In this document: in pieces, positions 1 to 13,450 of the stretch | Layout: each line of letters begins with the position of its first letter | Position numbering within the stretch: the first letter of the stretch is position 1 | Assembly: GCA_013239625.1 (NCBI GenBank) | Contig: MU054400.1 | Location: 3,479,032-3,543,031 of the forward strand | Length of the DNA stretch: 64,000 nucleotides | Direction of reading: 5' to 3' | Origin: Lama guanicoe | Taxonomy: Eukaryota | The notes under the pieces: model-generated | The model's database searches: none | What the model saw: only the letters and a program-made list of their open reading frames with translations | Told to the model about the DNA's origin: nothing | Program-made: the position numbers and the translations under genes

Positions 1-385
1 AAAGGAAATAGCACAGATTCAGAAGTATAGAGGGAAATAAAATTAAATGAGCTACAACTTAAAAGGGATGCTAAAGAAATAAAAATATAAATTAAATACA
101 TCAATGTCATAATTTAATTTCATGGAAGGCAAAAGAAAGATAATCTGGTTCTAAACAGAGGAGGAAGCATGATATAACAATAAATAAGATTTTCTAATTT
201 TATTTTTCATTTTTAGCAAAAATCTCAGAAGAGAGCCCTTAAATCTCAAATATAAAAGTTGAAGAAAAATAAGAAAGAGCTAATATATTTTTAAAATAAA
301 CGGAATACATGTTTAAGTCTAAAAGTCCCTAAGTTACCCGGAAAATTAAAGTCATCTCAGGGATGCTTTCTTTAAGACAATGCTT

Positions 386-570
386 GTTTTTTTTTAATAT
401 TTTATTTATTTATTTATTAATCACTTTTTTTTATTTGATTATTTTACTTCAGGGGGAGGTAATTAAGTTTATGTATTTTTGGAGGGGATACTGGGGATTG
501 AACCCAGGACCTCCTGCACGCTAATGCATGCTAAGCATGTGCTCTATCTACCAACTTGAGCCTCTCCCCC
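386..570 (-). mobile_element. tRNA-derived SINE (Vic-1-like, camelid type)
   Basis: Reverse complement begins GGGGGAGAGGCTCAAGTTGGTAGA and has a B-box-like GGTTCAATCCCCAGT and an A-rich tail. Flanked by a 12-bp target-site duplication, aagacaatgctt (374-385) and aagataatgctt (571-582). Confidence 0.85.
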
Positions 571-1389
571 AAGATAATGCTTATTAGGAGCATTATTTAA
601 ATATTCATATAATAAAGATATGCCTTCAACAGACAAAATTATATAAACTATATACACATACGTAGACACTTTGTAGAAAAAGTATTTAGGCCAAACACCT
701 TCGAGTTTGAAACTCATATGCATGCCACATGGCAATGGCAGACCTCTTAAAAAAACATACTTCAGAGTTTAGGGAATCATTTCAATCTTTGTGCAGACAG
801 ACAGCTATAAACTGAACCAGATTCTAATCAAAGGATGTCTTTCTCTGTCAACCCAACCTAAATCACCTTCCTCCTTATTTTATAGCCTATGTTTTCTCAA
901 TTTGTATTGTTTAATATTCTGCATGTCTTACTGTTATAATAATTGGTCTTAAAATTTTTTAGATCTCTTTTGGTCTTCTTAACTAGACTGTAAGCTTTTT
1001 AGGCACTGAGACCATGTAGCACAAACATGACTATTAATGAAAAGCAAACACATTTTATCTCCACGTTCCTCAAAGCATTCCCATCCATACTTCCTCCTTC
1101 AGCCTCAAGAACATCCATGTTATTTGTATCCTTTATACACATATACATGCCAGGGACGCACACACACCAAGACACACTTCTGATTTTGACATCTTTTTTT
1201 CTTCCTTTTTTCGCAATAGAATTACTCATTTTTTGCAGGTCACTAGTTGACTATTAAAAGCATTTCATGACGAAGGCCAAGAAAAAGAAGTGGCATTTTA
1301 GATTTAAAAATTTACCAGTTTCAAGGTACACAGAATCAATGTCACAAAAATCGATCCACATTTGACAACCACACAAGCGAAACACTTAC

Positions 1390-1536
1390 CTTTTGGTCCA
1401 ATCTTTGCAAGAATAGAATGAATCTGCACCATTAACTCCTCATTGAGAGGAGACTCTTTGCTGGCGTTCATAAGTAACTGTAATAATATTTGTGAACCAC
1501 CTTTGGAGACTAAGAAACTCGCTCTTCGACCTCCAC
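1390..1536 (-). CDS. AGTPBP1: AGTPBP1 coding exon (147 nt; [48 protein letters not shown]); gene continues left of the window
   Basis: AG acceptor at 1538-1537 and GTAAG donor at 1389-1385. Phase 1 at both ends, in frame with the previous exon. Peptide matches the recalled CCP1 N-terminal region. Confidence 0.96.
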
Positions 1537-1943
1537 CTAGAATGTTTTTTGAAAGAAATCTGTTGAAACTGCAAATCCTTCCATAACATATTCAGTATCA
1601 CAGCTTTTTAGCTTTCAAGAAATATTAAAAGTGATGACTTCAAAAATCAAACAAATACCACCAAAATAAAATGTTTTTATCTTATTTATGTTAGTTAGAA
1701 AATAGCACAGACAGTAAATAAAAGTGATGCAAAACTACGTTCAAGGTTCTGAAACATGTGAGTTTGAGGGATACTGGAAGATACCAAAAACAAAGCAACA
1801 ACAAACAGTATGACATTTCAGTTTCCAAGTTCCAACGCTCAGAATAGCCTCTATATGAGTATTAGAAAATTCCAAAGCACACATGATGCATTGCAGATCA
1901 TTGTTTACAAACAGAAATTAGACCAAAGAAAACAAAAACTTAC

Positions 1944-2007
1944 CAGCTGACACCAGCTCAACAAGAATGCTTAGGATATTAAGTGTAGTTTGAAGATCTT
2001 TCGTGTT
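1944..2007 (-). CDS. AGTPBP1: AGTPBP1 coding exon (64 nt; NTKDLQTTLNILSILVELVSA)
   Basis: TTTCAG acceptor (AG at 2009-2008) and GTAAG donor at 1943-1939; in frame with flanking exons. Confidence 0.96.
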
Positions 2008-3443
2008 CTGAAATAAATAATTTATTTGCTTAATTAAAGCGCTGTAAATCTGTGATGCCCAAACTTTTCCTGCCTGTCAAGAACTACCTATGTTTTATAG
2101 ATGGCCTTTCTGGTCTCTCTAAGAACAAATGTATTCAAGTTTTCACTATTCTTACATATCACTTCAGTCATTTCTTATTGCTCTTAAAAATTTTTACAAA
2201 TCATCTGAGCTATTATTTTTTTATTATCAACAGGAATTAATTTGTCATTTGAATTCATCTATTTCTACCAAATAGATGATACAAATAAATGAATCAAAAT
2301 ATAAAAGACACTACAAAGTATACATGGTGACTACTCAGTCACCTAACTCTGCTCTCAAAAGGTTAACTGTGTTATCACCTTATGTATCCAGCCAAAGATA
2401 ATGCACATGTGTAAAAAAAACATGTAAATATACATGTATATACACATTTATTTCTCCAAATGGTATTATTGCTCTATAGATAACTATTTTGAACACTGAT
2501 ATTTTGACATGTCAAATAAATAATTTCTTCATCCTTTTTAAGGGCTATAGGATATATCCCATTATATGGCTATACCACTGTTTATGTAACCAGTCACCTA
2601 TAAATGGAGTATTTAAATTTTTTTAATCCTTTGGTACTAAAAAATTGCAACCAAAACTAAGTACATACTAAGTACATGGGAGCAAGCAAAACTATACATG
2701 GGATAAATTCTTGGAATTTCTGGGTCAATGATATGGGCATTTATTTTGATGGATATTACTAACTTGCTCTTCATAGAGCAATTTACACTCCCACCAGCAG
2801 TGTAAAAGGGAACTATTTCCCAAAGCCTGGACAACAGATATAATAAGAGAATATGTTAAACGCTGTACTTTGATTACATTTCCCTAACAGCAATGCTTGG
2901 ATGAAGACGACCACACAAATAGCAGAATTGTGGCCTATTCAAGGAAATGCCTCACTCCCAGAGTAGAAGGATTTTACAGTGTTTATACAGACAAATTTCA
3001 CAATTGTGATGTATCAGGGACTAGAATGGGACTCCTACTCTTCCCCTCTCCAAAGAGAATGAGTGTTCACCATTTTAGCTCAGAGACCAAATCCAAATCC
3101 AGACCAAAAAGAGGACCATGCATCAACCAGAGACTCTGATCTTAGCAATGGAAGTATAAATTGGACCACTGACTCACTGGGGAAGGATCTGGAAGAATGA
3201 GAGAGACAGACATTTGTTTAAAAAAACAAATGCTATGTGCTCAGCAAAACGATTTCATCTTCTTCCCGGGTTCACAGCCAAACCACATTTCCAGCTCTTT
3301 TGTAATTAGGTTTGAGCCATGTGACTGCATTCAGGCCATTGGAATGTGAAGGGAAGTTGCACTGTTATTTCTAGGACTTATCCAGACAAGTCTCTCATAT
3401 GTAATTTGCCACCTCCCATCTCTGCTGACCTCAATAAATTGTG

Positions 3444-4760
3444 ACATGAGCAAACAGAAAAAAGGAGGGGTAGCAATACTCATATCAGACAAAACAGACT
3501 TTAAAACAAAGGCTAAAACAAAAGACAAAGAACGGCATTATATAATAATAAAGGCATCAATAGAAAAAGAAGATATTACACTCATTAACATATATGCACC
3601 CAATATAGAGGACCTAAATATATACAGCAAGTACTAACAGAGATAAAAGGAAAAACAGACAATAATACATAATAGCTGGGGACTTTAACACCCCACTTAC
3701 GTCAATAGACAGATCATCCAGATAGAAAATCAAAAAAGAAAAATGGTCTTAAATGATAAAAGAGGCCAGTTAGAGCTAATAAATATCTATAGGACAGTAC
3801 ATCCAAAAACAGCAAAATATACATTCTTTTCAAGTGCATATAGAGTTTTCTCCAGGATAGATCACACACCTGGCAGGCCACAAAACAAGTCTCAACAAAT
3901 TAAGAGGCACATGAAAAGATGTTCAAAATGGATAATTATTATAGAAATGGAAATCAAAACAACAATGAGACATCACTTCACACCTGTCAGAATAGCTATC
4001 ATCAAAAACTTTACAAATAACAAATTCTGGCTTGGATATGGATAAAAGTGAACCCTGTACACTGTTGGTGGGAATGTAAATTGGTGTAGCCATTGTGGAA
4101 AACAGTATGGAGGTTTCTCAAAACTAAAAGTAGAACCACCATATGACCCAGCAATTCCACTCCTGGGTATATATCCAGAAAAAAATGAAAACACTAATTC
4201 AAAAGGATACATGCACCCCAATGTTCACAGCAGCATTATTTACAATAGTCAATATATGGAAGCAATCGAAGTATCCATAAACAGACAAATGGATAAAGAA
4301 GATGTGGAATATGTATATGATGAAATATTACTTGGCCATGAAAAGGAAATTCTGCCATTAGCAGCAATGTGGATGGACCTAGAGAATTTCACACTTAGTG
4401 AAATCAGTCAGACAGAGAAAGACAAATATTGTATAATATCACTTATATAGAGAATCTAAAAATTAATACATAGGAATGTATATAGCAAAGGAAACAGTCT
4501 CACTGACACAGAAAACAAACGACTGGTTACCAGTGGAGTGAGAAAAGTGGGGAGGGCACATTATGGGTATGGAATTAAGAGTTACAAACCACTATGTACA
4601 AAATAAATAGACAACAAGAATAGATTGTATAGCACAGGGAGTTTTAGCCATTATCTTGTAATAACTTTTAATGGAGTATAAACTGTAAAAATACTGAATC
4701 CCTATGCTATATACCTGAAACTAATATAATCTTATAAGTCAACTATTTTGAAAAAAAAAT
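3444..4760 (+). mobile_element. LINE-1 fragment: ORF2 endonuclease piece fused to ORF2 C-terminus, 3' UTR and poly(A)
   Basis: ORFs GVAILISDKTDFK and YTFFSSAYRVFSRIDH (endonuclease) are followed directly by HMKRCS...EIKTTMRHHFTPVRIAII and WMDLE...LSEISQ (C-terminal region). A-tail near 4751-4759. Confidence 0.9.
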
Positions 4761-5325
4761 GAACTTACTCCCTGATCTTTTTTTTTCAGCTCTATTGAGA
4801 TAGAATTTGACAAATAACACTGTTTAAGGTATACCATGTACTCACTCACTCCTTATTCTTAACATTGCACTGAATAAACATAAAATCCTAATTCTTAATA
4901 TGTCCTGCTGATCCACCCAAAACTTTTATAATAGCACAGAAATTTAATTATTATAAATACTTATTCAGCCAATGTATGAAGTGAATTTAATCATGAATAT
5001 ATATCAACAATACAATGAGAATTTCCAATATCACTCATTCATTTTAAACTAAAGATGTATTTCCAACTAATATTTTATTTTCTATTACAAATTAGAATGG
5101 CATGTTAAGATGTAAAATACAGCTATCATTATAATCATAGTGAAATACACCTAGAGGCTTACCTAATATGTATTAGAATGTTTATACCACCATTCCAGAT
5201 GATAATTTAAAAAATAAAACAAACTTCCAATCACTGGCTCTACTTCTAGGATAAAAATTTTATACTTCACATTTTTTTTTCTCAGTACTGGTTGATATTA
5301 ATAGCTACATAATTAAAGCCCATCA

Positions 5326-5430
<105 letters not shown>

Positions 5431-5589
5431 CTAAAAAATGAAAAAATCACATATAGTTTAACCATATAGATTATGTATAAAAACATGAGATAACATATAT
5501 AACATCTAATCAACAAATCTCTGTTGGTCCAGTAAACATTCTAAATTGGTTCTACTAATTAGAGAGGGTTTGTTTGTTTCTTTGTTTTA

Positions 5590-6825
5590 ACTAGTTCCTT
5601 TAGGTATAAAGTTGGGTTTTTTCACTTGAGATTTTTTTTCATTTCCTGAGGTAAACCTGTACCACTATAAACTTCTCTCTTAGAACAGCTTTTGCTGCAT
5701 CCCATAGATTTCAGATTATTATTTTCATTTCATTTGTCTCCAGGTATTTTATTTCCCCTTTGATTTCTTCAGTGATTCACTTGTTTAGTAGCATCTGGTT
5801 TAGCCTCTACATTATTTGTGGTTTTTGTAGTTTTTTTCTTGTAGTTGATTTTAGTCTCACAGCATTGTGGTCGAAGAAGATACTTGATATAATTTAAGTT
5901 TTTTTAAATTTACCAAGGCCTGTTTTATGGCCCAGTATGTGACCCATCCTGGAGAATGCTCCATATGCGCTTGAAAAGAATGTGTATTTTGCTTCTTTCA
6001 GACGGAATGTTCTATATATCAGAATGCTCGCGCGCGCTCTCTCTCTCTCTCTTTCTATATATACATATATATATATGGCATGTGAAATAAAGCCCACTAC
6101 TATTACTGTGTTACTGCCAATTTCTCCCTTTATGTCTAGTATATTTACTGTATATATTTAGGTATTTCTATGTTGGATACATATTTATTTACAACTTTTA
6201 TATCTTCTTCTTGGATTGATCCCTTGATCATTATGTAATGTCCTTGTCTCTTATAATAGTCTTTATTTTAAAGTCTATTTCTGTTTGATATAAATAATGC
6301 TACCTAGCTTTCTTTGGATTTCAATTTGCATGGAATACCTTTTTCCATCCCCTCACTTTCAGTCTGTGTGTGTCTTTAGATCTCAAGTGAGTCTCTTGTA
6401 GGCGGCATATATTCAGGTCTTGTCTTTCTAGCCATTCAGTCACTCTGTGTCTTTTGATTGGAGCATTTAGTCCATTTACATTTAAAGTAATCACTGGTAT
6501 GTATGTTCTTACTGCCATTTTGTTCTTTTAGGGTTGTTTTTTACGTCTTTTTGGCTCGTTCTTTTTTGTTGTTGTTCTCTTCCCTTGTGATTTGATGACT
6601 GTCTTCAGAGTTGTGCTTGGATTTCTTTCTTTTTTGTGTAGCTATTATAGATATGTGGTTTGTGGTTACCATGAGGTCTTTCTATAGCATGCATATATAT
6701 ACATGTGATTGTTTTAAGTTGTTGATCTCATAATTTCAAATGCATCTTAACAATTCTGCATTTGTACTCTCCTTCCCTCATGATTACTGTTTCTGATATC
6801 ATATTTTACATCTAATTTTTTTCTG
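5590..6825 (-). mobile_element. LINE-1 fragment (inter-ORF region and ORF2 endonuclease)
   Basis: ORF 6321-6518 reads MAVRTYIPVITLNVNGLNAPIKRHRVTEW...LQETH, the canonical L1 ORF2 start. YTFFSSAYGAFSRMGHILGHKT is downstream. Confidence 0.9.
6027..6076. repeat. Compound microsatellite (CG)n(CT)n(TA)n
   Basis: cgcgcgcgctctctctctctctctttctatatatacatatatatat seen directly. Confidence 0.85.
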
Positions 6826-8826
6826 TCTCTCACTTTAAATCAAGAGCAGGAAATGATTGAGTTTAGTGAGGAAGGCATATCAAAAGCTGAGAGAGCCCAA
6901 AAGCTAGGCCTTCTGCACCAAACAATTGGCTAAGTTGTGAATGAAATGGAAAAATTCCTGAAGGAAATGAAAAGCACTGCTCCAGTGAACACACAAATGA
7001 TGGGAAAGTGAAATAGTCTTATTGCTGATATGGAGAAAGTTTTAGTGGTTTGGATAGAAGATCAAAGCAGTCACAACACTCCCTTAAGCCAAAGCCTAAT
7101 CCAGAGCAAAGCCCTAACTCTCTTTAATTCTACAAGGGCTGAGACAGGTGAGGAAGCTGCAGAAGAAATGTTTCAAGATGTTGATTCATGAAGCTTAAAG
7201 AAAGAAGTGGTCTCTGTAACATAAAAGTGAAAAGTGAAGCAGCAAGTGCTGGTGTAGAAGCTGTAACAAGTCATCCAGAAGATCCAGCTAAGATCATTAA
7301 TTAAAGGGGCTATACAAAACAACAGATTTTCAATGTATACAATATAGCTTTATATTGGAAAAAGATGCCACCTAGGACTTTCATAGCTAGAGAGGAGAAG
7401 ACAATGCCCAGCTTCAAAGCTTCTCTTGTTAGGGACTAATGCCTCTGGTGACTTAAAGTTGAAGCCAATGCTCATTTACTATTCCGAAAATCCTAAGGCC
7501 TTTAAGAATTATGCTTAGTCTACAACGCCTGTGCTGTAACAATGGAACAACAAAGTCTGGATGACAGCACATCTATTTGCAACGTGGTTTACCAAATATT
7601 TTAAAGCCTACTGTTGGGATCCACTGCTCAGAAAAAAAGATTCCTTTCAAATGGGACTGTTCACTGACAATGCACCTGGTCACCCCAGAGCTCTGATGGG
7701 GATATACAAGATCAATGTTCATTCTCCTACCTGCTAACACAACACCCATTCTGCAACCCATGGATCAAGGAGTAATTCTGACTTTCAAGTCATCTTATCT
7801 AAGCAATGTATTTCATAAGGCTATCACTGCCATATCAAGTCATTCCTCTAGCAGATTTGGGTGAAGTCAACTGAAAGCCTTCTGGAAAGAATTCACCATT
7901 CCAGATGCCATAAGAACATCTGCAATTAGCGGGAAGAGGTCAAAACAGCAACATTAACAGAAATTTGAAAGAAGCTGGTCCCAGTCTTCATGGATGACTT
8001 GGAGGGGTTCAAGATTTCAGTGGAGGAAGTAACTGCAGATGTGGTGGAAACAGCAAGAGAAACCAGAATTAACAGTGTAGCCTGAAGATGTGACTGAACT
8101 GCTGCAATCTCATAATAAAATGTTAGCAGATGGAGAGTTGCTTCTCATGGATAAGCCAAGAAAGTGGTTTCTTGAGATGGAATCTACTCCTGGTCAAGAT
8201 TACTGAAGTAACAACAAAGGATTTAGAATATTACAAAACTTAATTGATAAAGCAGCAGCAGAGTTTGACAGAATTAATTCCAATCTTAAAAGAAGTTCTA
8301 CTGTGAGTAAAATGCTATTAAACAGCATTGCATACAGCAGAGAAATTCATGAATGAGGGATGTGTGGCAAACTTCACTATTTTATTTTAAGAAATGACCA
8401 CAGCCACCCTAATCTCCAGCAACCACCACCTTGATCAGTCAGCAGCCATAAATATCAAGGCAAGACACTCCAAAAGCAAAAAGATCATGACTCACGGCCA
8501 CCCTAATCTTTAGCAACCACCACCTTAATCAGTCAGCAGCCAAAAATATCAGGGCAAGACACTCCAACATAAGCATAAACATCAACAGCAAAAAGATAAT
8601 GAGTCACTGAAGGCTCACATTTTTAGTAATGAAGTATTCTTAATTAAGGTATGTACATTTTTTAGACATATGCCATTGCCCACTTAATAGACCACAGTAC
8701 AATGTAAATGTAACTTTAACATGCACTGGAGAGCCAAAAAAATTCATGTGACTCACTCTATTGTGACAGCTGCTTTATTGTGGTGGTCTGGAATTGAACC
8801 AGCAGTATCTCTGAGGTATGTATATA
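6826..8826 (+). mobile_element. Tigger1 (TcMar/pogo) DNA transposon, 5'-truncated, with decayed transposase
   Basis: Degenerate transposase codons ([36 protein letters not shown]) and the Tigger1-like 3' terminus GCAGTATCTCTGAGGTATG; many stops and frameshifts. Confidence 0.9.
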
Positions 8827-10834
8827 GTTCCATATGTGAACTACACCATATATCATAAAGAATTCATTATTGATAATAGCTTTATAATATTAAGTCCCAC
8901 AGTTTGACTACATCAAAGTTAATTCAACCATTCTCTCATTGATGGATATTTAAGGTTGTTTCCTGATCTTTGATTTTACAAACAACACTGAAAAAAACAT
9001 CCCCAAATGTTCTTTTATATAATAGGATTTGTATTTCAGTCAAACAGATTTCTGAGAGTGAAAATGTTAAGTAAAATAGCAGGTGCACTTTAAATTTTAA
9101 TAAACATTGCCAGGTTCTTTTTTCCAAAGTTTATAATATTTACTGCACCATCTACAGTGTATGAGAATACCCTACTTTCCATGCCTTCAACAGCACTGAA
9201 TATTGTCATTCTCTAATTTCTGCCAATCTAACTAGTGAGAAATATCTTCATTGTTACCATTAGTAATCCCTGACTTTTAAGGAGGTAAAGAACTTTTTCA
9301 TATGTCTACTGGTTACTCGCATTTTCTTCCTTGAACTATAAATTCCTAATCCTTCTCTCTCAAATGGATGGACAATTGGATTATCCCATAAATAATGAAT
9401 GGACAATCTTTCACTACTAATGTGCATGGTGTCAACTAGCTAATCCAAGGTATGATAAACAGACTCATTGCATTAACACACCCTAGGGAGCAGTATTCAG
9501 GGTTGGCTCCCAGTGGTGGATATAAGTGGGGGAGGAGTCTCTGGTAGTGGTATGGCTGGGGGCATTTTCAGTGGTGATGCTGGAACAGGGGCTTCCAGAC
9601 TCTGATGGGAAGAGTCTACAGTGGTGAGAGCAGTGTACACAACTGGTGTCTACAGGTTTGGAGAATCTGTTTTCTTTTGTTTTTGCTAGAGTTTTTGTTT
9701 CGTTTTGTTTTAAGGGGTTATTTCATATGAGAATACGGTGTATACACTTCACACATCTGTCTTTGCACTAACATGATGACCATCTTCGTACATCTACCTT
9801 AGTTGATAAGCACAATGTTACCAAAGGCTAGAATCCGGTATAATGACTTGCTGAATTAAAGGGTACAGATATTTTAGATTTGCTAGAAACAAATGCAAAT
9901 TTTTAGAGACTTCTCCTGGGTTTGGGTGTGCTGTCAAATATGTCTTAAATGGGCTTCATAGGAAGAAGTTATCAAAATAAATTAAGAGCCTATGACCACG
10001 AAGAAGGGTTAATAAACACGAGCTCCTGAACACAGTAAATGCCTGCTGAACATTTACTTCAATGACCTGAACCTCTTAAAGAAATAACGAAAAACTAAAT
10101 AAATTAAAAAAGAAAAATCAAGGTTTTTTTTTTTAAATCAAGCATAGTTATCAACCTTAAATTTCTTTTTTAGCTTCTATTGAGATAGTCACATGGTTTC
10201 ATTTGACCTGTCCAAATAATGTTATACAGATATTTCCTGCCTTAATTCACTAATAGTTTATTTGGGATTTTTAAAATTTATGTCCCTAAATGCAAAGTTA
10301 ATCCTTTTTATCTCTTGTGTTCTGTCAAAGTTTTGATACCAACTCAGTAGTACTCGCTTCACAAAATGGGTAAACTACGCCTAATTACAGGTACTATTTA
10401 TTGAAAATTTTGAACATTCTTTTTACATGCTTGTCATATAAATTTCATGATAATCATACCGTATCGCTTTTCTCTACTTCAGAGACAGGTGTGGCTAAGT
10501 TACGACTTAGACTCAGAACTTCCCTGAAGTCACCCAACCACTGAATGACAAGGCTTGCATTTCAAACTGGGGACAAGACTAACAGCCAATGTTCTGTAAT
10601 ACCTGACATCTTTTTGTCTTTTTACGTAAGTAAAATCATAGTCGTTCTTAGAAACGATGCTTCGAAGATAAGCATCAATTTCTTCCACAGTTATTAAGTT
10701 TTCTACTTCTTGAGTTTGTGGGAGAAAGGTCAATTTTAACATAAAATCAGCTATTCATCTGAAGTTTGAACATTCTTAGTATCTATTTTTAAAGAATTAA
10801 GGATGTATTCCAAAAACAAGACATTAAAACTTAC

Positions 10835-10959
10835 CTTGACTTTGAGCCAGATGAAGAATTTTTGATGTAACATATCTGGCAGTATCTGACTCTGCAGATT
10901 CAGTATTGATCTTCTCCAGCTGAGCCAGGAGTCCCACAATCCGAGAACTATTGGTAAGG
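10835..10959 (-). CDS. AGTPBP1: AGTPBP1 coding exon 3 (125 nt; [41 protein letters not shown])
   Basis: TTCTTTTTAG acceptor (AG at 10961-10960) and GTAAG donor at 10834-10830. The phase-2 start joins the terminal AG of exon 2 to give AGC (Ser). Confidence 0.97.
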
Positions 10960-11379
10960 CTAAAAAGAATGTTACTTTAAATTAGGGCACATTTTACACC
11001 AATTGTAAATTCAACACTATAAAGATCACTGTTCAAAAAAAAAAAACTACCTTTCTAAAAACACCAAGCACTTATATATGTCACATTTCCTCACTGTTTC
11101 ATAGTTTAATATTGCTAATATTCTATTAAGTGAGAAACACTCAATTTCAGAAAACCACAAATGTGCATTCAATTCTGTCCAGCAATCTTACATCATATCC
11201 TGAAAGCTCTCCTTTCCACTCTCCAGACTTTTCACACACCCTACGCTCTCCTCAAAACTCTAACCACCCCTTCCACCCCACTCCATTTTCAGCTAGTGCC
11301 TGCTTCATAACTACTATAAAATCAAAAAAGAACACATTCATCTTCCCACCACCATCGCCTGAAACCTGATTCTCTACCC

Positions 11380-13450
11380 ACATTCTTTCTTCCTTGTTCC
11401 CATTCACTATACATTTGCACACTTGCTACTGTTTAGGTGTTGCCAACAGTAAACAAGATGAACAAAAATTCTTGCTCCTCAGAGTGAGCATTCTAATGGG
11501 ACAAATTAAATATGTAAATAGTTATACAGTATTAAGGGGATGGGAAGCGCTATGGAGAAAAGCAGGTTGTGGGGATAAAAGGTTCAAGGGGGGTGCAATT
11601 TTAGAGCGGTCAGGGAAAACATTGAGAGGGTACCATTTAGGGAAACACCCGAAAGAAGTAAGAGAATGACGGTGCAGACACCAAAAAAAAAAAAAAAAAA
11701 AAGAGCTGTCCAGAAGACACAGTCACAACCATCCAGATGCCAAGGCAGGAGCAGGCCTCCTGCATTCAATTAAAAGTGAGGTGGCCAGTGTGGCTGCAGC
11801 AGACTTAAAGGAGACTAACGGGAAGAGATGAGGTCAGAGTTGAGGGTGGGACGGGATGTTTTTGAGCAGAAGAGTGATGTGCTCACTTGCTTTTAAAAGG
11901 CTCTCTTTGGCTGGTGTGTTGAGACTCAAAGGACAATCTCTCCATTTATAAGCCTGACCCCAGGTCCCTTCTTGCATTCCCGATGTATGTGCTCCTTCAG
12001 TAAACCTTTCTCTGATGCATCATTTTGCTCCCCCTTTCAACCGGGCCATACCCATCAGCACACACATATGATCCAGGAGCTTCCACTAGCTGCCACTCCG
12101 TTTCTCTCTACTCACTGAAGGAGATGTCCACACCTGCTCCCTGCATTTCCTCACATATTCACTTTTTCAACTATTAGTTTGGCTCCCGCACACTGAGGTC
12201 TCCGCAAAACCTCCTGTGGTCACTTCTTTCCTGGTATACTCAGAATCTCAGCGCTATCCAAGTCAGTAGCTCCCTCTTTCCTCACTTTCTTCTTTGGGCT
12301 TCAGTGGCTCCATACGCTCCTCATTCTCTCCCTACGACCACTTCTTTCAGGTCTCCTCTAGTCGCTCCTCCTTCTCCAACAAACCTCTGGATGCTGAAGA
12401 CCCCCCCAGAGCTCTATCCCCAGCTCTTCTCTTCACTCCCTCCGCTCTTCTGCCCCGAGCAACCGCATCTCATCCCACAGCTGTAACTGAAACCGATGTG
12501 CTGCCTGGCTCCCAGTTCAACTCCAGTCTCTCCTTCAGTCTTAACCTTCCCAGGCTCACATGAAACACCAGCTGCCCAAGGCAAAAATCTAGACTCCCTT
12601 TCCCACACCCACCCCAATGCCAGCTGTATCTCTAAGACATCTCAAAGACTTCCACTTCTCTCCATATATTGGTAGGAGCACCCAAGCCCAAGCAATCATT
12701 TCTCAATTGGCAATTCCAGCCTCCTGAAAAATCAGCTTGCATTCTTGCTGCCCAGTAATCCATTTTCCACACAGTGATTTTTTTCTCACTTTTTATTTTG
12801 AAATAACTTTAGACTCACAGGCAGTGGCAAAAATAGTAGAGTGGTCTCTTGTACCGTTCACCTAGTTTCCCCAAAGGTTACATTTTTATATAACTACAGG
12901 ATGATAACAAAACCAGGAAACTGATACTGGCAGGTATATAGTTCTATGCCAGTTTATCAGATGTGTACATTTGTGTAACCACAAACCTAATCCAGTTGCT
13001 ATCCAACCAAAAACCCTTCAATGGCTTCCCATCAGACTTTAAATAAAATCTTATTCCTTGTCACAGCCTATAGGTCTTATATCATCTCCATCCACCTCTC
13101 AGGCTTTATTTCCCCTCATACCCTGGGATCCAGACTCACTGGCCTTCTGTCAGTTCCTTGAATATAGCAAGTTTCTCCCCAACTTCAAGGTCTTCATATT
13201 TATATCCTAGAGGATAATTTCTTCCAGTTCTTCCTATACTGGCTCCTTCCCATTGCAGGTTACAACCTAAAGATGTCCCCGCTTCCCTGACAGCCCCTCT
13301 GCTTCCAATATCAAAATGTGCCCAAAGAATTTACCACTAATTGAAATGATGTAAGCTTCACAAAGGTAGAGACCTTGCACGTTTTCTATATACCAAGCAT
13401 TTCAAACAGTGGCCAGCACAGAATAGGCAACACCCAGCTATATTCAGAAT
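11380..13450. mobile_element. Cluster of ancient LINE-2-like fragments with an old L1 piece near 12780-12990
   Basis: L2-like pyrimidine-rich tracts (ccttcaatggcttcccatc, cactggccttctgtcagttccttgaa) and an L2 3' end (cagcacagaataggca...gaatgaa). Confidence 0.55.

Noticed and set aside
6826..8360. Possible domesticated Tigger transposase gene (TIGD1-like)
   Set aside because: 5'-truncated with numerous stops and frameshifts; no long plus-strand ORF in the track.
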